Positions 9,167 through 17,448 of a stretch of DNA of 64,000 nt are shown piece by piece (position 1 is the stretch's first letter; each line of letters opens with the position of its first letter). The notes below the pieces were generated by a model, which saw only the letters and a program-made list of their open reading frames with translations, was not told the origin of the DNA and did no database searches. The DNA lies in contig CAZNHL010000005.1 of assembly GCA_964572965.1 (NCBI GenBank), positions 39,782 to 103,781 on the forward strand, in the 5' to 3' direction. Source of the DNA: an uncultured Bifidobacteriaceae bacterium. GTDB lineage: Bacteria; Bacteroidota; Bacteroidia; Cytophagales; UBA9547. The translations under genes were made by a program, and so were the position numbers.

Positions 9167-9194
9167 GGAATAGGGAATAGGGAATAGGGAATAA
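9167..9194. repeat. Heptanucleotide tandem repeat (GGAATAG x4)
   Basis: Read directly: ggaatag ggaatag ggaatag ggaataa, immediately after the stop at 9162. Confidence 0.9.
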
Positions 9195-9250
9195 TATTTT
9201 GTTACTAGCAATACATTACGCACTTTGCATAAAGCATTTAGCAAAATTAT

Positions 9251-9637
9251 ATGGAGAACTTTGAGGAGAGAGCCGAGGCGTCAAAAGCAATTATTACAAA
9301 AGCTGTTTGGCCAAATAACATCAATCACCATGATACGCTTTTCGGTGGCGCTGCATTGCAGTGGATGGACGAAATTGCTTTTATAGCAGCAACACGTTTT
9401 TGCAGAAAAAGGCTTGTAACAGTAGCTACTGACGAAATTAGTTTTAAAGTCCCGATTCCTGCCGGCACTTTTGTGGAGCTGATAGGCAAAGTGATCAAGG
9501 TAGGTACGTCAAGCATAAAAGCAGAAGTAGAGATACATGTAGAGGAAATGTACAAACCCGGAAAAATTCTTGCAGTAAGAGGAGCTTTTACTTTTGTGGC
9601 AGTAGATGAAAACAAAAAGCCGGTGAAGATAGATTAA
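9251..9637 (+). CDS. Acyl-CoA thioesterase (hotdog fold, YciA-like)
   Basis: 128 aa with NHHDTLFGGAALQWMDEIAFIAATRF, typical of 4HBT-type acyl-CoA thioester hydrolases. Confidence 0.8.
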   Translation: MENFEERAEASKAIITKAVWPNNINHHDTLFGGAALQWMDEIAFIAATRFCRKRLVTVATDEISFKVPIPAGTFVELIGKVIKVGTSSIKAEVEIHVEEMYKPGKILAVRGAFTFVAVDENKKPVKID

Positions 9638-9640
9638 GTT

Positions 9641-9757
9641 TTAGTTGTTGGGTGATTGTTGTTAGTTGTTAGGAAAGGAACTGGCAAAAAGCAATAGTCA
9701 CCTAATAATTAGCAGTCTAAATAGTTGTACCCTGACAACTACAAACCAACAACTATC
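9641..9757. repeat. Imperfect inverted repeat of a GT-rich arm and a CA-rich arm between convergent genes
   Basis: The left arm ttagttgttgggtgattgttgttagttgttagg and right arm cctgacaactacaaaccaacaactatcaactac are partly complementary, with about 55 nt between them. Confidence 0.5.
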
Positions 9758-9759
9758 AA

Positions 9760-10671
9760 CTACTTTGTACTATTAAGGCTCACAAGCAACACCCCCGCCA
9801 ATACCAATATTGTTCCGATTCCTTCTGTCAATGATACGCTTTCGTTCAGGAACAAATAAGCGAGTACAATAGTAGATACAGGTCCAACGGCTGCAATGAT
9901 TGATGCATTGCCCGCACCAATCATCTTGATACCTTCAGAAATCAGGAATGAAGGAATCACTGTTGCAAAAACAGCCATAATCACACCATATATCCAAACC
10001 TGCATTGGCAGGTCAAGACTTGAGATCGGGTTTGTGGCAAGAAAGTGAACGATCACGGCAATAGCAGCAATAATCATTACATAACAGGTATATAATACAG
10101 ATCCGAATTTAGGGATCATATAACCGGTGCCAATGAGATAACAGGCATAAGTAAATGCTGCAAGAAAGATCAGAATAGCACCCTGAATCAAATCTGGTCC
10201 CTGGGCATTATGTCCATCTCTGAAAACAATAAACATTCCCGAATAGGTAAGTGTCAGCGCTAATACCTGAATTTTTGTGATTTTTATTTTAAGGAAAATG
10301 GCAGAAAGTACTACCACAATAGTCGGATAGATAAACAAGATCAGCCGTTCCATACTTGCCGTTACATATTGTAGGCCCATAAAGTCGAACACACTTGATA
10401 GGTAGTAGCCAAGTATTCCCAGCGCAAATACTATAGAAACATCAATAACACGCAGGTCGCTGGGTTGCTTAGGAATGAAAAATAAAAGTACGAGATAAAA
10501 CGGAAGTGATAGCCCCATTCTAATGGCCAGTAACGTGCTGTAGTCAACATCGTACTGATACACCAGTTTCACCAATACAGCTTTCCCTGAAAAACAAACG
10601 GCACCCGTAAGTACCGCCAATGCCCCTAAATATCTTTTCCAGGCAGGACCTTTAACAACCATGTCACTCAT
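9760..10671 (-). CDS. DMT-superfamily (EamA-like) transporter
   Basis: 303 aa with about 10 TM segments in two similar halves, the typical EamA duplication. Confidence 0.8.
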   Translation of the reverse strand: MSDMVVKGPAWKRYLGALAVLTGAVCFSGKAVLVKLVYQYDVDYSTLLAIRMGLSLPFYLVLLFFIPKQPSDLRVIDVSIVFALGILGYYLSSVFDFMGLQYVTASMERLILFIYPTIVVVLSAIFLKIKITKIQVLALTLTYSGMFIVFRDGHNAQGPDLIQGAILIFLAAFTYACYLIGTGYMIPKFGSVLYTCYVMIIAAIAVIVHFLATNPISSLDLPMQVWIYGVIMAVFATVIPSFLISEGIKMIGAGNASIIAAVGPVSTIVLAYLFLNESVSLTEGIGTILVLAGVLLVSLNSTK

Positions 10672-10833
10672 TCCTGCAAAATTAAGGCTTATTCTTTAAA
10701 TCGTGTGAGATTACGAGATTTAAGATTCTAAATTTTTATGTATGGCCTGACACCCTTTAGTCTGTACCAGTTTCCTCCATCGTTGATCTGTGGGTGCAGT
10801 ACAACGGTTTACTGGACAGAATCCGGAATGAAG

Positions 10834-11184
10834 CTATACATTATATTTTCCCGCCCATTCAACCATAGCCCCTAAGATTGGTGTCAATTCCTTTCCCGGA
10901 TCGGTTAAACTATATTCTACATGCGGAGGTACTACGGGCATGGCTTTGCGGTTTACCAGATTGTCAACCTCCAATTCTTTTAAGTGCTGAATCAGCATTT
11001 TCTCACTGATATTCGGGATAGATTTTTTTAATTCACCATAACGCTTAGTGCCATTCATCAACTGAAAGATAATCAGAGGTTTCCAGCGGCCACCTATTTT
11101 GTTCAGAGTAAAGGTAACAGGGCATGAAGTAAGCGCTTGTTCCTTGTTTAGTTGATTGGTGGATGAAAGTTTAATGGCTGTCAT
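10834..11184 (-). CDS. HxlR-family transcriptional regulator
   Basis: The ORF track extends to 11235; ATG 11184 gives MTAIKLSS. Contains CPVTFTLNKIGGRWKPLIIFQL..RYGELKKSIPNISEKML. Confidence 0.85.
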   Translation of the reverse strand: MTAIKLSSTNQLNKEQALTSCPVTFTLNKIGGRWKPLIIFQLMNGTKRYGELKKSIPNISEKMLIQHLKELEVDNLVNRKAMPVVPPHVEYSLTDPGKELTPILGAMVEWAGKYNV

Positions 11185-11266
11185 GATACATACTTTAGGG
11201 TTAGTACTTGTCTTAAAGTAAGTGCAAATATACATTTGTTATATCGTTAATCAAAACCCAAAAGTC

Positions 11267-12151
11267 ATGAAATACATTGTCACAGGATCACTCGGAAATA
11301 TCAGTAAGCCATTAACTCTGAAGCTGGTTGCTGCCGGACACGACGTTACTGTCGTTACTACAAAAGAAGACAAGAAAGCTGCTATCGAAGCGCTCGGAGC
11401 TAAAGCAGCAATCGGATCTGTTGAAGACGTAGCTTTTTTAACGCAAACGTTCAAAGGGGCAGATGCAGTTTACGTTATGGTACCGCCTACTTTTGCCGCT
11501 GCTGACTGGAAAGGCTATATCGGTCAGATCGGAGAGAATTATGCAAAAGCAATACAGGCTGCTGGTGTTAAAAAGGTAGTACACTTGAGCAGTATTGGTG
11601 CACACATGGCAGAAGGCTGTGGCCCGGTAAGCGGTATTTACCGTTCTGAATCAGCACTGAATAAGCTCGAAGGTGTAGACGTTAAACACCTGCGTCCTGG
11701 TAATTTTTACACTAACTTTTATGCCAATATTGGTATGATCAAAGGTGCCGGCATTATCGGAGGAAACTATGGAGACGGTACAAAAATCTTATTGGTACAT
11801 CCTGCAGACATTGCCACTGCCGCAGCTGAGGAATTGACCGGTCTGACATTTACAGGTAAAGGCATCCGTTATGTAATCAGTGACGACCGTAGCACGACGG
11901 ATATAGCCAAAGTATTGGGGGCAGCAATTGGTAAACCTGAACTGCCATGGATTGATTTTAAAGATGAAGACAGCCTGGCAGGTATGATAGGAGCAGGATT
12001 ACCGGATGAAGTTGCTAAGAATTATGTAGAAATGGGACAGGCCATTAGAACCGGAAAAATGTTTGAAGATTATCGTAAATATCCTGTTACACTGTCAAAA
12101 ACAAAGCTGGAAGATTTTGCGAAAGAATTTGCCGTAGCATATAACGCATAG
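11267..12151 (+). CDS. NmrA-like NAD(P)H-binding protein
   Basis: The ORF track starts at 11222; ATG 11267 gives MKYIVTGSLGNISKPL (Rossmann). Divergent from the HxlR regulator, which is a common pairing. Confidence 0.8.
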   Translation: MKYIVTGSLGNISKPLTLKLVAAGHDVTVVTTKEDKKAAIEALGAKAAIGSVEDVAFLTQTFKGADAVYVMVPPTFAAADWKGYIGQIGENYAKAIQAAGVKKVVHLSSIGAHMAEGCGPVSGIYRSESALNKLEGVDVKHLRPGNFYTNFYANIGMIKGAGIIGGNYGDGTKILLVHPADIATAAAEELTGLTFTGKGIRYVISDDRSTTDIAKVLGAAIGKPELPWIDFKDEDSLAGMIGAGLPDEVAKNYVEMGQAIRTGKMFEDYRKYPVTLSKTKLEDFAKEFAVAYNA

Positions 12152-12165
12152 AGCTTCATGTCCCT

Positions 12166-12215
12166 ACAGAATCGTTTATGATTTATCATAAACGATTCTG
12201 TATTAGAGTTTTTTT
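12166..12215 (+). terminator. Rho-independent terminator
   Basis: 16-bp perfect stem acagaatcgtttatga/tcataaacgattctgt with loop ttta. A T-run follows at 12209-12215. Confidence 0.7.
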
Positions 12216-12473
12216 ACACATTTTTAGTCTGTTCTTATTTCTGATACTGCATCCCTGTCAAAAGCTTCAGCCTGATATGAGCGCCCGTTAATTCAATCTT
12301 TGTGTCAGATTAGCATTGGTGTTGCTGAGAGCCAATTGTAAAACTTCTTGCAGCAATGTCAGTGATTTTTATTTATAAAGTCGTTATTTGAGACTATTTT
12401 TGATAATTAAATCAATTTTGTAATCAGATAACAGAAGAATTGGCCTGCCAATCCTGAGAATTCTAAAAAAGGT

Positions 12474-13478
12474 ATGGGAAGAGACTTATTAAAAACAGAG
12501 CAGGCAATTACATTTGTCAAGCAAACATTTGCACAGAAGTTAGCGCAGACATTAAACCTTATTCCGATATCTTCACCATTGGTAGTGTTAGACGGAACAG
12601 GAATTAACGATGACCTTAACGGTATAGAAAGACCGGTCGGGTTTCCTATCAAGTCATTGAATGAGCAACGTGCAGTAGTGGTGCATTCATTGGCCAAGTG
12701 GAAAAGATTACGTTTGAAAGAACTGGGAATAGAAGTAAACGAAGGGATTCTGACCGATATGCGTGCCCTTCGCCCTGACGAAGACTATACACCTATTCAT
12801 TCTATCTATGTAGATCAGTGGGATTGGGAAAAACACATTGCTCCGTCCAGTCGTACTTTTGCTTTTCTGAAGCAAACCGTACTTGAAATCTATCAGTCGT
12901 TATATGAAACAGAGCGTGACGTAGAAGCTCGTTATTCTGAAATAAAAGCAGTATTGCCTAAAGAAATTAAGTTTGTTTCTGCCGAAGAGCTTTTACAGAA
13001 ATACCCGAACCTTACACCAAAAGAAAGAGAAAATGCTCTTGTGAAAGAACATGGTGCAGTTTTCTTGTATGGTATTGGTGGAGAGCTGAGCAACGGAGAA
13101 CCGCATGATGGCAGAGCTGCTGATTATGATGACTGGAGTACAGAAAACAGCAATGGTTACAAAGGTCTTAACGGGGATATTCTTGTATGGAATCCTGTTT
13201 TAAATACAGCTTTTGAATTGTCATCTATGGGGATTCGTGTTGATAAAAAAGCATTGCTTTATCAACTGGAGGTTAGAAACAACCAGGAACGTTCCAAGCT
13301 GTCATTTCACTCTATGTTGCTGGGCGACAAGTTACCAGAGTCTATTGGTGGTGGAATAGGCCAGTCACGTGTTTGTATGTTTATGCTTAAAAAAGCACAT
13401 ATCGGGGAGGTGCAGGTAAGCATCTGGGGCGATGATCACAGGCAGTCACTGGCAGATAAGAATATTAAATTGTTGTAA
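12474..13478 (+). CDS. asnA: Aspartate--ammonia ligase (asparagine synthetase A)
   Basis: 334 aa with HSLAKWKR, SIYVDQWDWEK and GGGIGQSRVCMF. Collinear with the E. coli AsnA layout. Confidence 0.9.
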   Translation: MGRDLLKTEQAITFVKQTFAQKLAQTLNLIPISSPLVVLDGTGINDDLNGIERPVGFPIKSLNEQRAVVVHSLAKWKRLRLKELGIEVNEGILTDMRALRPDEDYTPIHSIYVDQWDWEKHIAPSSRTFAFLKQTVLEIYQSLYETERDVEARYSEIKAVLPKEIKFVSAEELLQKYPNLTPKERENALVKEHGAVFLYGIGGELSNGEPHDGRAADYDDWSTENSNGYKGLNGDILVWNPVLNTAFELSSMGIRVDKKALLYQLEVRNNQERSKLSFHSMLLGDKLPESIGGGIGQSRVCMFMLKKAHIGEVQVSIWGDDHRQSLADKNIKLL

Positions 13479-13490
13479 TAGCACTCTTTT

Positions 13491-13523
13491 AACCCTCCAA
13501 TAGTTCAAAACTGTTGGAGGGTT
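13491..13523 (+). terminator. Hairpin after asnA
   Basis: Stem aaccctccaa/ttggagggtt with a 13-nt loop. No clear T tract. Confidence 0.45.
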
Positions 13524-13710
13524 ATATTAATAAATAGGTTGAACCTATCGAAACAGGTAGCGGGTAACTGAGTTTCCGAAGTCATATCAGCAGCAAGGTG
13601 ATGGAAGGCCATTGGTTTATTTGGGAGTAGTGGAATTGAAAACTATATCCACATTACCGGAAGCTGGTTTCTCTCTAAAAGTCTGTTATCTTTATAAATC
13701 ATTTATTGAG

Positions 13711-13886
13711 TATCCGTTTCATCGTACCTTACCTGATTCGTTTAAACAGGGATTCTGAATCTCACTGATAGCATAGATTTTATTGATTGTTAAACTTTCA
13801 GGGTTTGCAGAACCGGAGTTTTAAATCCTAATTTGCGTTATCTGCGGAAGAAAACATAAGAAGATTCATAGAAGCGGATAGTCATT
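13711..13886. repeat. MITE/REP-like element, copy 1 (carries an internal insertion of about 110 nt)
   Basis: Termini tatccgtttcatcgtacctta ... tctgcggaagaaaacataagaagattcatagaagcggatagtcatt match the compact copy at 20696-20762. Terminal inverted repeat: ctatccg/cggatag. Confidence 0.6.
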
Positions 13887-13907
13887 AATCATTTTAAGTA
13901 AAACGGC

Positions 13908-14117
13908 ATGGAACAAAATCAGCTATTCTCTTCTGCGGTATATAAACTATTTATCTCTCTGTTGCTTTTTCTTACATTTTCCTGTGCGTCGCATAAAAAT
14001 GTTATGGAGTGCTCAGGTAAATGTACAGGCTCAAAAAACTGTGATATTTGTAAAAACTGTACAAGGTGCGCGCATTGTTCCGGAGGTGGTACTTGCGGGG
14101 TTTGCAGAGGGCGGTAA
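13908..14117 (+). CDS. Cys-rich small lipoprotein (69 aa)
   Basis: Signal plus lipobox (LLFLTFSCAS), then 9 Cys in the last 36 residues (CSGKCTGSKNCDICKNCTRCAHCSGGGTCGVC). Confidence 0.5.
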   Translation: MEQNQLFSSAVYKLFISLLLFLTFSCASHKNVMECSGKCTGSKNCDICKNCTRCAHCSGGGTCGVCRGR

Positions 14118-14745
14118 ACTAATACAAATCAGTACTGCAGCCATAAGGTTCAGGGCGATGCTGTTTTGCCATTAACACCTTTTGCTTTGAGTTTTTTCTG
14201 AAAATTATGGATAGAACCAGAGTTGACAATCAGATAAAATATGCCATTTTTCAACATCGGCCAGACAGGAAGCATGTTCCGCTTTATTGTCGTAACAAGG
14301 TATCGGGGAGAGTATATATTCTGGATGTCTTGTCTGGTTTACAGACTCAATATATCTGTTTTAAAGATTCAATTACGTAAAATTCTGAAAGCGCAATCAT
14401 GCAGGCTATATAGCCTAAAAGTGTTTGGTCGCTATTTCGATAGCGCCGGTTAAATAAACTGCAAAAGAACCTACTATGACAAATAGGATAAATAGCAGTA
14501 AAAACCAAAAGATTTTACATTCCATAAGGTAGCTCTGTAGAGCTTTTGAAGGGTGAAATTAATAGGACTAAATGACCACCCAAGGTTAGGCTTAAGCGGG
14601 GGGAAGAAAATAAAGAAGGGAATAAGTATGATCTACTCTCTTGAAAAGTGGAGCAGATCTGTTTAATTCTGCACGCTGTAACCCCAAATTACATAATTTT
14701 TAAATGGCCAACTAATGCCATGTAAGTTTTAAGGTAAAATAGTAT

Positions 14746-15375
14746 TTAATAATTACGGTAAACGAACTTCACGAAATCTGCTTCACCTTTAATTCCCATT
14801 TTGGTTTTGATATTTTTTCGGTGGGTTTCGGCTGTATAGAAGGAAATGTTGAGTTTTTCGGCTATTTCTTTGGTGGTCATGCCTTCTTTTACAAGGTTAA
14901 TAACTTCTATTTCGCGGTTTGAAAGTTTTAGTTTTTTAAGAAAATCGTCTTCTGCATGTGTATGTTTTTGGTTCGAATCGGGGAATATGGTTTCATTATT
15001 AAAAACAAGGTTGATAGCCTGTACTACCTGCTGGGCGGATGCGGTTTTGAAAAGGTAGCCGCGTGTACCTGCTTTTTTGAACTTGTCTATGTAGAGGGCT
15101 TCGTCATACATGCTGAGGATGATTATTTTGAGCCCCGGCCAGCTTTGTAATAGCAGGTGGGTAAGTTCGATACCGTTGATATGTGGCATGTTGAAGTCCA
15201 TTAAGACTACATCGGGTATGGCTACATCAATTTTCTGTAGTGCTTCACGACTGTCATATATCTGAGCAATTACTTCTATGTCCGGTTCAGACTGTAGCAT
15301 GTGGTTGAGACCGTCGTTGAACAAACGGTGGTCATCTACAATAATTACTTTTATAGGTTTAGCTGTTGTGGTCAT
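14746..15375 (-). CDS. Response regulator, NarL/LuxR family
   Basis: 209 aa. REC domain (KVIIVDDH, VLMDFNMP) plus LuxR HTH (LSNREIEVINLVKEGMTTKEIAEKLNISFYTAETHRKNI). Confidence 0.9.
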   Translation of the reverse strand: MTTTAKPIKVIIVDDHRLFNDGLNHMLQSEPDIEVIAQIYDSREALQKIDVAIPDVVLMDFNMPHINGIELTHLLLQSWPGLKIIILSMYDEALYIDKFKKAGTRGYLFKTASAQQVVQAINLVFNNETIFPDSNQKHTHAEDDFLKKLKLSNREIEVINLVKEGMTTKEIAEKLNISFYTAETHRKNIKTKMGIKGEADFVKFVYRNY

Positions 15376-17209
15376 AGGGAATTTCTAAAATGGCAAGTGT
15401 GCCTTTGTGGTCACTTTCAAAATTGAGTTTTGCACTGATGTATTCAGCTCTGAGCCTGATGTTTTTCAGTCCTAGCCCATCTTGTTTGTTGCTTGTATGA
15501 ATACCTGTACCGTTGTCTTCAACCATTACAATGAGGCCCTCTTCCTGATAGATCAGTTGTATGAGTGCGGAAGTGGCGTTGGAATGTTTCAGGATATTGG
15601 TGATGAGTTCGTTAATGATACGATAGATGACAAGTTCTTTTACCGGGTCTATTTTGATGATATCGCCTGCATGCTCATATTCAAAGCTGATTGAAGGGTG
15701 GTTTTTGAATTTGTTAACGGTATGCTCTATAATATAAGATAGGTGGTGTTCCTGGAAGTCGACCGGCATCAGGTTGTGACTAATGTTTCTGATGTCATTG
15801 ATAATATGGTTCACTTCCTGTTCTATCAACTGATTGTCGCGCTTTTGTACGAGCATGTTTTTGATAGCGGCAAGTGAATTGCCCACGTCGTCGTGCAGGT
15901 CACGGGCAATGCGCCTGCGTTCGTCCTCCTGAATGGTCAGCATTTGGTGCTGGGTCTTGTTGAGGTCAATCTGAGCTCTGAATTTCTCTTTCATATTGGC
16001 AGAAAAATGAATACCCAGTCCCAATACCATGAAGATGATTTCAAGAAGAGGAGTGAAATAGTAAAGGTCAGTATTTTGGTTGATACCATCTACCAACTGC
16101 AAATCTGCTATCATCAGCAGTGATGCTACAAAGAGCGTTACCAGGAAGCCGGTAAGGTAAAAATAAACACCGGGTTCTTTTCTGACAATACCTATGAAGA
16201 TTACATAAAGAATGTAGGCATCCATAAAGAAAACGATGAAGTAGGAGAAATAACCCAGCCACCAGCGTAGTACATCAGGAATAGGGACGAAGAATAATAG
16301 CAATGCTATAAAACAAAAGAGGAAACCGGAAACGCGGCCTACCATGTAGGCCCAGTTGTGCTGGTAGGCTTTGAGATTGATAAGGATGATGGTCAGAAGC
16401 ATGTGCCAGCCTACTATCCAGTAGTAAAAGATGGTGGTGAATGTATTAATGACGAACTGGTATTTTTCGTTAGAAATGAATGCGTGCAGGAAGCCTGAAT
16501 CGGCAAGTACAAGTACAAAAAAGCTGAGACAGTAAATGCTGTAGTAAAGGTATATCTTGTCTGAGATGAAGAAGTAGAGCACGAAACCGACCAGCATGGC
16601 CAGGAGGATCATGCCTTCAATGACACTGATGAAATTGGAAAATAAATGTTCGTAATTTTTGAAATAGCTGAGTTTTTCCAGACTTATAATAGTAGCATGG
16701 CGGCCAAACTGCCTTTGGGTATAAAGGAAGAAGGTGACGGTTTCTCCTTTTTTTATATTGACAGGAAAGGCAAAATGCAATGAATAGTAAGGACGTTCCA
16801 TGATATTCTGGAAATGGCCTGTAAGCGGGAATTTTTCCAGAATATCATTTTCGCGGAGCATGAACAATTGCACGGTGTCAACACGTGACTGTTGTATTTT
16901 AAGTATCCAGTCGTTATAGTCTCCCGTGTTTTTAATAGAAAATTTACACCAGCCGCTCGGCTTATAGAACCCATAATTAATTTCCTGATAAATATTGTTC
17001 CGGATAAAAGCACTGTCAGAAGCTTTTATTACTTCCAATATATCGCTGATGGTTGCATGCTGTTTTTTGTAAAGTAGTGTTCCCTGATTCAGTATGTAGT
17101 CGGTATTGTTGGCTGTGATCTCTGTTAATTGCTTTCCATGGGCAGCAGGTATTGCTACTGTAAGGCAGTAGAAGAACAAGGTAGCAACAATACTGATAAT
17201 CGGTTTCAT
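15359..17209 (-). CDS. Sensor histidine kinase, 7TM-receptor (7TMR-DISM-like) architecture
   Basis: 616 aa. Signal peptide, extracytoplasmic domain of about 180 aa, block of about 7 TM. HisKA_3 H-box DERRRIARDLHDDVGNSL; HATPase motifs (EDNGTGI, GLGLKNI). 17-nt overlap with the regulator gene. Confidence 0.85.
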   Translation of the reverse strand: MKPIISIVATLFFYCLTVAIPAAHGKQLTEITANNTDYILNQGTLLYKKQHATISDILEVIKASDSAFIRNNIYQEINYGFYKPSGWCKFSIKNTGDYNDWILKIQQSRVDTVQLFMLRENDILEKFPLTGHFQNIMERPYYSLHFAFPVNIKKGETVTFFLYTQRQFGRHATIISLEKLSYFKNYEHLFSNFISVIEGMILLAMLVGFVLYFFISDKIYLYYSIYCLSFFVLVLADSGFLHAFISNEKYQFVINTFTTIFYYWIVGWHMLLTIILINLKAYQHNWAYMVGRVSGFLFCFIALLLFFVPIPDVLRWWLGYFSYFIVFFMDAYILYVIFIGIVRKEPGVYFYLTGFLVTLFVASLLMIADLQLVDGINQNTDLYYFTPLLEIIFMVLGLGIHFSANMKEKFRAQIDLNKTQHQMLTIQEDERRRIARDLHDDVGNSLAAIKNMLVQKRDNQLIEQEVNHIINDIRNISHNLMPVDFQEHHLSYIIEHTVNKFKNHPSISFEYEHAGDIIKIDPVKELVIYRIINELITNILKHSNATSALIQLIYQEEGLIVMVEDNGTGIHTSNKQDGLGLKNIRLRAEYISAKLNFESDHKGTLAILEIPYDHNS

Positions 17210-17280
17210 ACAGAACAGGAAGCTTCTTTGATGAGCTCCATTATATTTTCAAAATTAAGGAATTCCTTCTATTGTAAAAT

Positions 17281-17296
17281 TACCTGATATCAGGTA
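17281..17296. promoter_or_regulatory. Perfect 16-bp palindrome with 7-2-7 layout (candidate NarL/LuxR-type regulator site)
   Basis: TACCTGA-TA-TCAGGTA, read directly. It lies in the divergent region between the two-component operon and the beta-helix gene. Extra AGGTAAT half-sites lie at 17304-17310 and 17318-17324. Confidence 0.45.
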
Positions 17297-17327
17297 TTGA
17301 GGAAGGTAATGGTTGCAGGTAATTTTG
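17297..17327 (+). promoter_or_regulatory. Candidate Bacteroidota sigma-A promoter of the beta-helix gene
   Basis: TTG at 17297-17299, a 20-nt spacer, then TAATTTTG (TAnnTTTG -7 consensus) at 17320-17327. Confidence 0.35.
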
Positions 17328-17448
17328 TAGCATGGAGATCTTGATAGAGAACTGGTTTTGTGCAAGATACTTCAAAAACTAACTAACCTATTTATTGTTA
17401 ATGGTCTTCTGTTATTTCCTATAGCGGTGGGCATTTAATCTGACATTT

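Noticed and set aside
9167-9194. A CRISPR-like or phase-variable array.
   Set aside because: It has only four 7-bp units with no spacers and no cas genes, so it is a simple microsatellite.
13984-14175. 63-aa ORF in another frame overlapping the Cys-rich gene.
   Set aside because: It has no signal peptide or motif. The 13908 frame has a coherent signal, lipobox and Cys pattern, so I kept that one. Without conservation data this is a judgement call.
14241-14453. 70-aa plus-strand ORF in the long intergenic region.
   Set aside because: The composition is not protein-like and the opposite strand shows equally long open stretches. It is treated as non-coding or gene debris (see the finding for 14118-14745).
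14970-14979. GGTTCGAATC, a tRNA T-arm-like string.
   Set aside because: It sits inside the response-regulator CDS. I could not draw an acceptor stem or anticodon arm around it. No tRNA is called anywhere in the window.
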